64,000 nt of DNA from Adineta vaga. Its lineage: Eukaryota > Animalia > Rotifera. The position numbers were made by a program, and so were the translations under genes. The stretch spans positions 13,888,001 to 13,952,000 of the forward strand of contig CP075494.1 of NCBI GenBank assembly GCA_021613535.1. Direction: 5' to 3'. Positions 1 to 14,060 of this stretch are shown piece after piece; the first letter of the stretch is position 1, and each line of letters begins with the position of its first letter. A model generated the notes under the pieces. That model was not told where the DNA came from, searched no databases, and was given only the letters and a program-made list of their open reading frames with translations.

Positions 1-352
1 AATTTGTTCACAAACAACAAACTAACTTGATTTATACATATATTCTAATACTTCTTCGTAAATTTGAGAACAATTTCGAGAAAAGATACGCGAATTCTCA
101 AAATATTAGAAAATAAAAATAAAAAGTGTTCGTGCCATTCTTTTTGAATCTATCCTTGATTATTAATAAATGACTCACAATATAATTACAAAATATTCAT
201 CAATGATTGTTTTTTCTTGTTAAATATATATATATATATTTCTAGATTTCGTACACTAATGAAAAGTATATCAAGCAGAAAAAGAAAAGAGAATAGCATC
301 TGCATTTCCGGAAATACTCGATTTGTGATTTGAAAGAACGAATAAAGTTATG

Positions 353-3092
353 TTATTTTTTTCTTCGTCTTGATTTAGCAGAATTTGTAGTTAGTGTCGA
401 ATTAGTAGTTACTGTTGTTGGACTATTTACAGTGACTTGACTTGATTCAAGTTCATCAACAGATAAATCGGTTATTTCTTTTAATTTTTGTTGTCCATCA
501 ATGTAAAACATTAAATCACGTAATTGATCTTTTAGTTCATCGATTTCCTATAAGAATGGAAAGAAGATGATATCATTCTGATTGAAAAGGATAAAATATT
601 CTCTTACTTGAGTTTTTGACTTCATCGTATTATCAAATTCATCTCTTAACTTTTGTACTTCTGTTTGAAAATAATTTTGATTTTGTCTTAATTGATCGTT
701 CATTAGTTTTTCTTCATCGAAATTTTGTTGTATTCGAGTCATTTTTGTTGACGAACGTTTTTCTTGTTGTTGTTTTTCTTTTGTAATAGCATCAAGTGTA
801 GTTTGAAGTTGTTGGGCATGATCTTTTAACAATTTATTCGATCTTTCAAGTTCTTCTAATCTTTCATGAGTAGAATCTTCAACAAATTGAAGTTTATCTT
901 CGAAAAATCGTCGTTGGGATTCTAATTGACTTGTTAATAAATATGTATACTAAAAATTGAAAAGAATACATATAAAATTATCAAATATATTTCGTTTTGT
1001 TTACTTCAAGTTCCATAGAATCGATTTTTTCTTGAGTATTATCCGTTTTTGATGATGTACTTTCATGAAAATCATCCTAAGTTTTATATAAAATATATAT
1101 TTATATATGAAGACAACGAGAGAAAGAATCTCTTACAATATCATAATTAGTAACACCTTCACCACGTAATTCAACAAGTTTACCATCACTTTTATTTTGT
1201 ATCAATCGATGAACATAATTATCACCAACATAGTCCCAGACATGTTGTCGTTTTAAATCCATTGTATAAGTATGTTGTGTTAATTCAAAATGTCTAATCA
1301 AAACTCGAATTTTAGATGAATATTAGAAACGATCAAGACAACAATATACCCAAATGCATGACCTTGTTTAAATCGACTGCAACCAACATGACCACAAATC
1401 AAACATATCCAAAGATCCTTAAATAGATAATATTAGTAAATGTTAATAACAATCGTAGTTTGTCTTACTTCTTGTGAACCACATTCAAAACATGATTGAC
1501 CATCGATTGCTTCTGGTGTTTGCACATAACGACATACAGGACAACTAAAAACTTAAAATTCAATTCAATAAATTGATCGAGAAAGTTTACTTACCAACTA
1601 TCACCCCATTTAATTAGACAATCACCATGAAATGAATGATTACAAAGAATTGTCAATACTCCAGACAGACTTTCATCCTTAAAAGTAACAAGATTTTAAT
1701 TGAAGTAAATAAAATCAATGAGTAATTACCATTCGTTCTAAACAGATATAGCATGGTGGTAATTCAGTAAGGCCAGGTATTGGACATGATCCTTCCTATA
1801 TGAACATATGAGAAGAAAAAGAAGGAAGGAAATGAATTAATTACTTTTGCTGTACTTGTAATATCAACTCTTGCAACAAATGCTAAATGACAAACACCTT
1901 TTTCAATAGAATTAAATTGACGATTATTATAATAATCGTAGAATTCATCTGCTTCTTTCTTTAAAACAAAATAAAAAGGTAATCTTTTTCTTTTAATCTA
2001 ACTAAATAAAACTAACTTGTGATTTGAATTTAATTAAACACATATATTGATTAGGAGTAGGATCACGAATAATACGTAGATATTCAATGCTATTACTACA
2101 AAGAGAAACAATCATGACTATTCTATAAAAATCAACATTTGATAACATACTAGACAGGATAGATAAATGTGATCAGTTCTCGACAAGCAACATCAGCTGG
2201 AATAGCTAACATTGCTAACATTTCACTATGTTTCGGTTCATTATTAGTACCTAATGCTTTACTACAAGATACATATATTATACAAAATGTTTGATTTTAT
2301 ATTTGCATTACTTGTCTTTATATAGATGTAAAATGCCTTTGGTAATATCAACAAGATGATTACCACAATAGAATGGAATTTGTAGATCAGGTGATGTTGA
2401 TACATGAGTAGACAATACTAAATGATTATATAAAGAGTACATAGAAATATCAATTTAAAATCTTACGAGTTTTATCATTAGTAGTTGTTGATACTTTACG
2501 ATTTGTTTTTGTTTTATTACTATCTTTGATAGTTGGTAAATCACTAATATCTGTAAAAGATGATTGAGTAGTTAATTGTTGTTGTTGTTGAGAATCATCT
2601 GTTGATGCTGTCAATTTGGGAATAGCATCGACTTCGTTTATATTAGAAGAATTCATATCTTGTTGTAGATGTTGACGACGTTTTGATAAATCGAGATATG
2701 TCATTTCAATTGCATCATTCATAACGCTCGATACAGGTGAACGATGATCTGGTAATGCTAATGAATCTACATTGAAGAGAAAAACAAAAACAAATAAAGA
2801 ATTTGAAAGTCATCTCAGTTACCGTCAAACACATAAGTTTCAACAAAAAGTTCACGAGGTTCTCTTTGTCCAATACTCGCTGTTCTTACAGTTGCTGAAC
2901 CTTTGTTAATCTTATTCGATGGTTTTATAGATTCTGTAGAATCGTGAAATGGAGCTGAAAATAGATGAAATTACAATGAAATACAACAATTGAACATAAT
3001 ACAAATGAAATACCTTGATAGACAATGTACTTTAATGTTTCTAAATCTGATTCAAATTTTTCATCTATCTCAAGTCGAAGGCAAATGACCAT
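353..3092 (-). CDS. BRAP: BRCA1-associated protein (BRAP2/IMP): RING-H2, ZnF-UBP and coiled coil; multi-exon
   Basis: Spliced reading starts [10 protein letters not shown] and contains [42 protein letters not shown] (RING), [72 protein letters not shown] (UBP zinc finger) and [13 protein letters not shown]. Ends KSRRRKK-TAA at 353. Confidence 0.93.
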
Positions 3093-3614
3093 TGGAATAA
3101 ATGAAAAGATTCTCTTTAGTCTATTGCATAAGTCGGAAGATTATACAATGTGTATAAAGAAACAGAGCATAAGTGAAGTGAGTACTTCTTTCTTTCATTT
3201 ATTTATTCATTCATGACACATGGCTACGATGATTGGTGCTTACTGTAACCAGTTATATGTAGTGATTATGAATAGACTATTGCAATAGCGACATTTCGTC
3301 GAATTCGATTATATACAGCGGTATTCAAAAGATTCACATTGTCAGACGAACAGATAAACTATTAATAATTAGTCTTTCGTCGACCGGCGTACTTATTATC
3401 TTGATACTGATCGTACAAGTTTGTTGCCTTTCTATTTACTCACGATCTACAGATTTCTAAGATATGCAGCACTTCTACATTGAATAAAAATTGAAAAAAC
3501 AAACCTACGAATATCATCTTCTACTCGGTGGGAATATGAAGGGAGCAAGCAGTAATCGTTCATTTTATTAATTAATGAAAAAGAAAACTACGATTAGTTT
3601 TACGTCTTTCGTGT

Positions 3615-6206
3615 TCATAAGATAATACATGTAGTTGATTTTGATGAGGATGATGTTTTAGGAGTAGACATTGATAGTTTCTTTGTTTCTGATTGATTAC
3701 TGGGTAGCTTGAGAAGAGCATTTTTAAATCGATCAAATACATACTCTTCAAGCTCATCGCCAGCATATTGTTTTGCATAACGTTGACGATATTTCAAAAA
3801 TTCATTCTTAGGATCTACTTGAAGCTTCGAAGCATATTGATTCATTTCAGTGATCGATTGAAAATCAAATAATTTTACCAGTGTATCAGGCACATTATGA
3901 CTTTGAAACCATTTTTGAATATCATCTTGAGTCCATTCTTCTAATGATTTCTGTACGTCAAAAGTTGTTGAGTTTATTTTCTCTGGTTTTCTTTGTGGTG
4001 ATGCAGGTATACTATGTTGTTCTGTTTGTTGCGATTGTAATGTTTGCCCTTGACTTTCTTCGATAGTAGCTTCGATTGTTCGTAACATTTCTCGAACTTT
4101 ATCACGGTCAAGTTCACACTTATTGCTGTTGAAACGAATATATTTGCGATCAGCAATATGAATGTCTACAACATTTTACAACTAGATATTCATTAGAATA
4201 CAAAGTGTATCAAGAAAATAAAATAACAGACCTAGCCAATCACAATCACCAGGATTACCAAGATAAATGGGAACGATTGGTTTTTTTCGTTTGACAGCTA
4301 AAGCTGCTTCTTTTCGACATGATTTGCTATTGAAATATTCTTCTGAAAGAAGACATACAACAAGTCTCGATTGTCCAATACCACGGGAAATCTTTTCCCA
4401 CAAATCATCACTTGATGAACAATGATTACGATCAATCCATATCCTATAGAGATTATGTTTTTTTTCCAATATTTCAAGAATTTTATCACAAAATGAATCG
4501 TTATCATGAGCATAGCTAATCATAATCATTGGTTTTTCGTTATTAGTATTGGCAACGAGTTGTACACCTGGATCAATACTTTTCTTTTCATCCAATATGT
4601 CATTGAGATTGTAGAGAATACCACTGGCAGCCTTATTTATACTTTCCATAGAACGTGGAACATATTGATCGATTGTTTTCGCACTCTTATCCGTATCCAG
4701 ATTTCTGAGAGTCTTGAGCAATTTATCATTTTGTTTCAATTTTGTTTTATATCGATCATGAAAAGAAATACTCCATAGAATGTTTACCAGAGCGGTACAT
4801 GTGAATTCTTTCAAATGATCTTTCGTGCGAATTATATTTTGAAAATCTATGAGTAGATCAACGAATAAACCAATTGTTGTCGATACTTTTAGTTGTGGAT
4901 CCGTTTCTGCATGATTTAAGACATATTCAAGCGAACGATCATCCACAAAGAGTCGAGTAAACACAGCCAAAAATTCAGATACATGAAAGCCTTTTTCATT
5001 GAGATGATTTTCAGTCTAAACGATACAAGATTATTTTTTCACTCTCTCTCTGGTCGTAGGATGTTACATATCGTTCTTAGCATATGCTATAATTCAAAGT
5101 ATTATCTTTCCAAGATAGATCTCTATCAAGTTGCCATTCTTTTACTTATTTATAGGTTTACTCAAACTCACTTTTGATGCATCGATAGTCATTTGTAAGA
5201 GTTGATTAAGAATTCTATTCATTCGTTTATTATCAGAACGGATTTGTTCGACGGTGGAAAGTTGAGCGATCACCATGGAAATAACAAGATTATTGAAATC
5301 ATCCAGTTTTTGTGTAGTATTATTTTGAACATCTTTGAGAATTTGAAGACCGTTAAATTGATTAAGCTCATCGGTACCATCATCGTGTCGAGAGATATTG
5401 TGAATGATATTAATAAGCTGACAAATTGTTTGTGATATTTTTGTTATCTGTAAACATTTGAGCATAACTTCTATGAGACCAATATTCAGTAACCACGGAA
5501 CAATAACCGTATGATTAGAGAAACTCCAAAAAAATGATAATATGCAACTTGTTGTCTGACTATCATCGGATAATCGGTTATCAGTCTTTGCAATAAGATC
5601 TAGGTCACGATTTACACGTTTGTACATAATCTGAAATATCTCTGTATATTTGCGGGTGCTAATATCGGCACTTGTAAATAGAGTGTTTCGAACGGTTGAT
5701 GCTGCAATAGTCAACAATACATCAGTTAACATTCGATAAAATTCCTTGTTCGATATTTTTACACGCGGATTCTCATTCAAATACGAGCAAATTTTTGTTC
5801 CAGTAAGTATATCCAGCAGTGCAAAGAAAATCTCACGTGCAAATAGATTATTATTCTCTATACGCGCGCTGCTTTCAAAATCTGATATTAATCTGTAAAG
5901 AAGTCGAAGACAACCTCGAAAATCATTTACATCCGTATCAGTAGCTTCCGTTATACCATCAACCAGTTCACCACATAACAATATACTTTGACGACAACGA
6001 GTTCGAGGATCCGTTTCATTTGCCTGTAATTGATCAAATTTACGTAATAATTTCTCAAATATTTTACTAGATTCGAGTTTCGATTGTGTCAACTGCGCAT
6101 ACAGTTCATCCAGAGCTTTGTTGATTGCTTCTATTTGTAATTTTCCATCTTCGACTCCATCGGGATCATTTAAGACTGAAACCTCACCTTCTTTGTTTTC
6201 ATTCAT
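3615..6206 (-). CDS. ARM-like / TIR / SAM-like domain protein with C-terminal CaaX box; 3 exons
   Basis: ORFs 5142-6206, 4182-4970 and 3615-4088 join through GT-AG introns (about 5016-5171 and 4168-4231). TIR: IMISYAHDNDSFCDKILEIL...IWIDR...VVCLLSEEYFNSKSCRKEAALA...IVPIYL. SAM-like: WTQDDIQKWFQSHNVP. Ends TTCIIL. Confidence 0.85.
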
Positions 6207-6799
6207 CTTTTAAAAAATGCATACTCAATTCTCTAATACGTACGCTCATATCAGACTGCTTATGGAGATAAACAAAGATAAGCGACACTCTCACACGACA
6301 AATATTTATCGAAGAAACAAAGTTGATATATAAAGATCGTAAAAACTGAAATTTTTGAGAAAAAAAAGATCATTGGCTTGTTTTACAACCAAATATCAAT
6401 AAAAGCACTTACATAGAATAACTAACTAGAGAATTATCGAATTTTCATTCATATCATTTTACAAATATAACGTTTTTGAGAGAATGATTCATGCATTAAA
6501 ATGAATTCAAAACGATTTCCGATTAAATTTATAGCATTTGAATATGGCATTGTTTGAGGTCAACTATTCGTTGACACCCATGACTTAACTTCAAAGCCAG
6601 TTTTGATCGTTCGAAAGTAGTCATTTATACATTTCATTATTCTATGAAAGAATAATATCATCATCTTACATAGAATTACTTTATATCTATAGAAGACTAT
6701 TTTATAATCATATTGCGTGTTTAATATGTAAACAAAAAACCAAATACAGAGACAAGACACAGTTTCTTCAATGTTCATAGTACCACACCATAAGTGAAT

Positions 6800-7072
6800 T
6801 TATTGCTTTTTCTCTTTTTCTTCACCATTGTGTACCATACCTTCACAACCGACTGCTTGACCGATTTTTTTCTCTGTAGAACCACTAATCATAGAAGAAT
6901 CACTTGGTCCATGATTGGCTGCTTTCATTTTATCGACAGCTTCTTGTTTATCATGTACACCTGATTCAGTCCAAGCTTGACTACCTGTTATATTGCCAAT
7001 TGTTTCTTCAACTACGCCTTTTGCATATTGAGCATGACCACCAATAAGACTTGCGTTATTATTATCAGCCAT
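6800..7072 (-). CDS. Small CsbD-like stress protein resembling ascomycete proteins; intronless
   Basis: 90-aa single-exon ORF with SLIGGHAQYAKGVVEETIGNITGSQAWTESG..DKQEAVDKMKAA and a second repeat IGQAVGCEGM, a two-repeat pattern I recall from filamentous-fungal CsbD-like proteins. Confidence 0.75.
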   Translation of the reverse strand: MADNNNASLIGGHAQYAKGVVEETIGNITGSQAWTESGVHDKQEAVDKMKAANHGPSDSSMISGSTEKKIGQAVGCEGMVHNGEEKEKKQ

Positions 7073-7635
7073 AGTTAAACTTATACTTCAAGGTTTATAA
7101 TGCGTACGTCGTAGTAGCTAAAAAAAAGTGTGAATGCACGCGTTAACATTGTATACGAGAGAGACAGCGAGTAAGAAAGACAGAAAGCAAAAATAATAAG
7201 AGAATGATGACGAATTATCGGTGCAAAAGAAAAGAAATAGCACGTGTTCTAGAATCGAGTAAGACACGAGATGTTTGGACTTCATCAAATCAGAATTATT
7301 CTTCATACTATTCGAAGAATATAAGGAAATAGTAAAGATATCACTTATATTTAATGTTACTAACGGAAATTAAGTCATTCGATTCAATCTGAATTATTTC
7401 TAGTTGAGTTATTAAAATCGATTCTTTTTTTATATTATAGTTCAAAGATGAAAAAGATTTTATTAAAAAAATAGATCTTTCCTAGAAATAAGCATTCGAT
7501 AATAAATCTGTTTACTAGTTTAACATATATAAAAGAAAAATTGCTAGTTTTACGAACATCAACATTACAGAAGATCTCTGGAACAAACACACAACAAAGA
7601 AAAGTATTCAGTCTATTTCTGGTATTGATCAAAAT

Positions 7636-10308
7636 TTAATCTTGATTTACAACAATCGTATTTGACGTTTCCTGTTTATTTTCTTTTTCTTCCTGAGTAT
7701 CTGTTGATTGATCAATCTAATTAAAACATACGATAGACAGATTTCTATAATATAAATAAAAAGCTCACTTTAATATTATTTTCAACTTGTGTAGTTTTCA
7801 GAGTTAAATCATTATGATTCGCATCGCTTAGATATGGAATTGATGAAGAATGAACTTTGGATTTATTGCATCGATTTCTACCTACAAGTCGTTGATGTTT
7901 TCTTGCGACATTTTCTTCAGTTGCAATACGAATTTTATCCAATTTTTCAATTAGTGAATCAAATAATTCTTTTGATGCATCATCCAATGCATGATAGCAT
8001 TGTTTTTGTATCCAAAAGCCTTCATCAGTTGCACAATCGATTTCTTTAGTTTCTGGACATGTACGTTTTGATTTATGTCGTGGTGAATACGATAAGAAGT
8101 TTTCATATTGTGAATTTTGAGATTCATTTGGTGTTTTAATATGATCATGTAATTCGCCTCGACGTTTGTCCGTTTTTCGTGATGCTGATGTTGCTTGATG
8201 AGTGAAATCAAACGACGGAGTATTTTGAAAATTGTACGATGGTTGAGGATATGATTGAGTAGGATGAAAATTTAAAGATTTAGTCGAGAAACCTGCAAAT
8301 AATGAAATTATAAAAATTAATTCTATTCTTCAACAATATCAATACCTGTTTTTTTAATGGGTTGACTTGATTCTGTTGGTGTTTGTGCAGTATTTGGTGG
8401 AACTAATTCGTGTACATGAGGTGAATTTTGTGCATTATCATTTTCATGATTTGGATCGAACACTAAGACAGCACTAGGATCTTCGTTACGTAAGCAATTG
8501 CGTATTATATTAATAGCAAAATTAATATTTCGTATTTGATAAGCCGATAATGTACATTCGATATATCCATTAGGATCCGCTTGACGACCAACAATGATAT
8601 CTCGTAAATGACATTTCGTTTGAATACGTTTCAAATTCGATGCTCGTGTACCTATAAAAAATTGAAGAATAAATATGATGAACATTTGTGACGAATTAGA
8701 AATCTTACCAACAATACGTGGAACACAATCACTTCGTATCAGAATCATTTGTTCGAAAGCACCATTACGATTACGACTGAAAAATGTTCGTCCTGTTTGA
8801 TTATTAGGTGATGATGCAGATGATTGTTCGTGATACGAATCATAATTTATCGCTACTTCTTCAACTAAAATAAAATATGAAATCGAATTTAGAAAGAAAT
8901 GTTTTTTCTCATACATTGATATGGTTGAACTGGTACGCCAAGAACATCATTGATAAAAGCAACAATTTGTAGAGAAGCATCTGTTAAATTTTCGATTGAT
9001 TCACTAATAATTGATAGTTCATTTTGAATTTGTTTATCACCAAATTTAGGTAATTTCACAGGCTATGAAACATATAGATTATAGATATGTATGAATAACG
9101 AAAGGCAGAGAGAATTTTTTTAGAAAATATTAACTAGTATCTTTATATTCATTTATAAATCTATCTTACATTTGTAACAATGACATTCAAACGTTGTTGC
9201 AAAGGTCCAGCAAAAATATTCCAATGTTCTAAACGTTAAAAATGTTCAAGATTCGAAAAGAAAAAGAATCAAATTATTGTTTTACTTTTAAGTACTTCTT
9301 GTCCTTGACTAGATATCAACAAAATAAATGTAAATTCAGGTTTACGTTCCAGTGGTGTAAATATCATTTCCTTTTGTTTAGTACTGTCATTCTTTGATTC
9401 ATTAGTTGTATCACTTGGTTCTTCACTTGTATTTGGTGTACTTGGAATAATAGGTTTCTCTTCTCCCGTTACCGATGTATCAGAATGATGTGGAAGAGAT
9501 TCATTATCATTTTTTTCCTTTTCTACAAACGATTCTACAGTTTTCTCAACATCTGTTGTTAACGTTTGTGCAGATTCGAGTACTTCGATTTCGGATGAAT
9601 TGGTCGACGTTACTGTTGGTTTTGAATCTAAATCCAACATTTCAATTGTTATAAAAATTGCGAACGGTAAAACTAACCTGTTGAAGTTTTAGTTTCTTCA
9701 GACTTTTCCGTAGTTGTTGTCGTTGTCTGTCGATCATGTTGTTTTGATCGTTTGTACATTCGATTCATTACTTCTACGAGACATTTACGAATATTCGCTT
9801 CAGCACCAAATACTTTATAAGAATGTTTGTTTGAATGTTGATAACCAGGCTATAAGAAAGAGTAAAGATTAACGATGAATAAATATTGAAATGTATAATA
9901 CTTACAAATATATTAACAGTGAATGTTTTAGCAAAAGAAATCATGTTGGATTTTTCTTCTAAAAGAAAACAAAGATTTATAATGGAATGTTCTTTGTTCT
10001 GTAAGTTTTATTGTTCTACCATCGTTTTGACCAAATAAATTATTTTTCTGCCGATTATCAGTTAAAAATCGGATATTGCACGCATTAACATCTGAGATTT
10101 CATAGTTATTATATTTTTCCAACAGTTTTGTACGATCATCTTCTTCGATTGAATAGCGAATATCTTGTGGCATTGTTACTCGACTTGTTACTTGTGAACG
10201 TTGTTCAGATACAATCACTTGATTCTCTTTGGATTTTTCAATATTATCGGACGAAGGATTTTCAGAAGAAACTGTTGTTTCAGTTTGATGATTTTCTTGT
10301 TCACTCAT
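7636..10308 (-). CDS. Multi-exon protein with about three degenerate KH-like domains
   Basis: ORFs 9928-10308, 9269-9640, 8323-8916 and 7745-7987 link via short introns. Clearest KH: EQMILIRSDCVPRIVGTRASNLKRIQTKCHLRDIIVG...IECTLSAYQIRNINFAINII. Last exon ends IVVNQD-TAA at 7636. Confidence 0.6.
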
Positions 10309-10543
10309 GATTTAATGTACAGAATGAACAATGATATGATATGTAGTTACTATTGTTATATTGTGATGGTCTAGAATTATTTAAAGACTGATCAAAAAGA
10401 AAAGATAGCAGGTGAATAATGGAAATATTCCATTGATGAAAGAAGAAGAATAACTAATAAAGGAGATATTTTGATATCTTATTTATAGAAGAGAAAATAT
10501 AAAATTTGTTTTTCTTACGAAAAACTTTCACGATAATTACATT

Positions 10544-10557
10544 CACTAGATGGCAGC
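10544..10557 (+). promoter_or_regulatory. CTCF-like motif CACTAGATGGCAGC upstream of the KH gene
   Basis: Close match to the CTCF core consensus CCASYAGRKGGCRS, about 240 bp from the ATG at 10308. Confidence 0.45.
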
Positions 10558-11672
10558 GGTTGCATGCGAGAGATATCATAGTGGAAATAATTCACTTCTT
10601 TTAACTTATGCTTAATTTCGAATTGGATTTACATTCGATACAAATTGAAACAGCTCACTATTTAGAAATATCATCAAGTTGATGTATCCGACGAAGATTC
10701 ATTGTACATTGATTAACTTTGAGATGTGAAGGTCTTTGTTTTGACAGTGTAAATAATACCTTGAACAAAAAAAGTTTGAACCTATTTTGACCCGATGAAG
10801 GAAGCATTTTACATAAACCATTTTATACTCATCTCAAAAGAGAAGTTATCTGTCGTTACTTATTAAGATTTATTTAAAATAACGAAAGAATTTCGTACAG
10901 TTGAAGGTATTTAAATTTAGTTTGAAAATATTTTGCGATTGAAAGTGTGAATGAATTTGACGAGAGAAATATCCATAATATAGTTATTATGCTTGCAAAA
11001 AGAATTCTTTCTCGATATATTCAACATAATTTTTCCATTCTAGATGCTACACAAACACATACTGACTTATTTTTTCTTTTAACAATGATCTGTTGATAAT
11101 AGTTAATAAATTGTTACACTACATAATTTACAAAAGCTTTTTATGTTCAAAGATCTTGATCATATAAGTTCGCATTCTTCATATAAGACATTACTTTACC
11201 AAAAACGAATACTTTTTCATCGTTCAAAAAGTTAGTATATGAATAATCGTTAAAACAATCATGTTGCTTTAGATAATTCTATTCTCATTTGAGTATATCT
11301 TGCTTATAGTCAGCAGGAATAGTGAATGAATAATTTTCTCTATTTATTTTTTGAGTAAATACCATCTAAACGAGTTTTGATGCAGTAAAAGGCATGATAA
11401 ACTGAAAACTTTAACATATGGAGCATATTTAAAGATCTTTGAATAGAAAAAAACGGTTTGAGTATTTATTTCTTTTCAAAAAAACATTTTTTGTCGTCCT
11501 CGTTTGAAAAATGTTGCATCCAGTTTATGTTTGATTCATCGATTTTCAATCTTCAATCATCCATAACGAACAAAGTAAGGTATGATTTAAACATAAAAAT
11601 AAAACTATTACTGAGAGTTTCGTTATATATAAGATAACAACTCGATGCAAATTCACTTAAAATTTTCTTCAT

Positions 11673-12240
11673 ATGTTTTTAGTAGAAATTCGACCAAGGA
11701 TATTATTGCTTGCAATAATGCATGTCAAAATCATCTATCGTTGGTGTTATGAGAAACTACGAAACTATAATGTTTTCATACCCGAAGAAAATGAGTATGA
11801 CAATGATGATGAAGTTGAAGCAATAGATCCATTAGTTATTACCAAACTTCAAAAGTATAGCACATGGTTATATATTCTTCTTTTCCTGTGTAAGTAAAAG
11901 ATGTAATTAGTAAAACACAATGTTTATCTATTGATATTTTAGCATCTCTTTATCTTCTTTTCTTTATAACATTAATTAATCCACAATCTCGAAGAAATGT
12001 TATTTCATCGATCAATCCTGTTCGTTTTGAAGAACTTTATCAAAAATATAATAAAACTCTTTCATGTCCATGTTCAACAACTTCAATTTCTTACAAAAAT
12101 TTTATTACTACTACAGTGACATATGATCCTGTTTGTAAAAGTACATTTGTTAGTTCTGAATGGATTAAAGCATTATATTTGGAAAATGCAAGTCGATATG
12201 GAATGTTAGATTTTCGAACTACAGCAAATTCTCAAGTACG
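11673..12240 (+). pseudogene. 5' fragment of a lineage-expanded membrane protein family (CPCS / PVC..FVS motif)
   Basis: YNVFIPEE...QKYSTWLYILLF, an intron, then FEELYQKYNKTLSCPCSTTSISY...DPVCKSTFVSSEWIKALY...DFRTTANSQ. No continuing exon was found after the donor at about 12236. Confidence 0.55.
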
Positions 12241-12962
12241 TTTAAAAACAATAATATTATTTAAAAAATGTTTTCTTTTAAAAATTTTCAGTTAATAATT
12301 CCTATAAAATAATTTCCTTTTTAATAAATCTAAATGATTGTTTTATATACCTATGTTAAAATGAGATGATTCATTCTCCATCGTCGTGTTCGTGTATGTC
12401 AGCAAAAAATCGTTTCTTTCGTGTAATTAATATCAGATGTAGTTCTGATTAGTGATACCTATATTTCTGTGGATGGAAAAAGAAATTTCTAATATTCATT
12501 TCACAAAAAGGATTATCTGGTGGTGAAGAATTCGTTATTTAATTAATAGTACATCATGAAAGAGACTATTGCTTGACAACACTGGTTTAATGATGATTAA
12601 CCGGTAGTTTTTCTGTAGGTGATTGAATAGATATATTTTATTCAATTACAATCATTTACTAGAACGTCTTTTAGAATTAAATTGATGTTGACAGAAAAAC
12701 ATGTGAGCAATATCCCAATACATGTTGAACAAAACGAGAAAAACTCCTATAATGTGTAAGAAATAAAAGACAGAATAATTTGTTTTAGTTTTTATTAATG
12801 AAATCAATGAACCTTTCTTTTATTGAACAATTCAAGAATATTTATGAGATATTAATTTGATTTATCTATGTACATTTATTGATTACTTCGAAACTTCTTA
12901 ATCCATTTATTCAAATAAAAAATATCATTTCAATTTTTTTTAATAAAATAGAAAAAGAAAAA

Positions 12963-14060
12963 TCATTGTTTATATTGTATGTTTATCTTTTTATTTCTAC
13001 GTTTAACTGTATATTTGTCCGAGAAGATTTTCGAATGAATAACAGAATCCAATTTCTGAATAATTTCATTATTAATTATTGGAATATGAAATGTTAATGA
13101 ACGACAAGCAAAAACATTACGATCAATTAAATAGAAAAATTCTTCTGAAAAGATTTCAATATTTTTTTTGATAAAACGTTTGATTTCTAAACATTTTATC
13201 ATTCGACACAATCGAAATAAATATGTCAGCTGGTCCCAATCATCAGCTTCTTCAATATAAAGTGATTTAATAAGACATTCTTTTCTTATGTTAAAAAACA
13301 TGATATCATCACATTTTTTAATTAACTGTGTCATATTTTGATCTAATTGAAATGAATGAATTTTTAATGTTAATAAATGAGTTAAACAACGTAGAATTAG
13401 AAGTAATTTTTGAAATGGTATTTGTTTCATTGAAATCTCTACATGATAAATATGTACATGATATACCACACAACTTAAGTCATTCTCTACCCAAAAATTC
13501 AATGAATTATAAGAGTTCATTAAAAATAAATAATTTGATGATGAAGAATCAATATTTTCATGTTGGAAAATTTCATTCGATGTTTTTCTAAAAGAAGATT
13601 TTTGAACAATTTGAAGAAAAAAAAAGATTATTTAATTATTTTACCTATACGGATAAATGATATAGTTGATATTTTTCTTATCAATAATTATTTTAAACAA
13701 CCACTTTCGTTCAATCCAAAATGATGAAGAAAATTGATCTAATTCAAAACAGCTGGAATTTAGTCTGTTATCTACATATTGAGAATATGTCATATAAAAT
13801 TTTTCTAATTCAGGATAATAATATGAAAGAAATTGTTCCCATCGATTTGCATCAAGCAATTTTCGATCATTTGAATAAGAAATCGATAAGATTTTTAAAT
13901 TTGATTTTGAACATAATTCCGTTGAAGATATTTTATTATTTGTAAAAAGAAATTTGTTAAGATTGAATAAATAAAAATGAGTTTTTATTAATATTGTCGA
14001 TGAATTAAGTAATTGTTGAAACCGATAACTAAGATATGAAAATGTTTGAACTATTTCATA
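12963..14060 (-). pseudogene. C-terminal part of an F-box/LRR-like lineage-expanded gene, probably truncated
   Basis: LLDANRWEQFLSYYYPELEKFY...FSSSFWIERKW, then an exon with LLLILRCLTHLLTLKI...YLFRLCRMIKCLEI. The upstream portion is interrupted and no start was found. Confidence 0.5.

Noticed and set aside
3572-5435. Small ORFs overlapping the TIR gene (e.g. 3881-4066, 4506-4778, 5202-5435)
   Set aside because: Antisense or alternate-frame shadows of real exons.
10600-11560. Possible further decayed LRR-family gene on the minus strand
   Set aside because: Only short protein-like stretches with many stops and no motif I could support.
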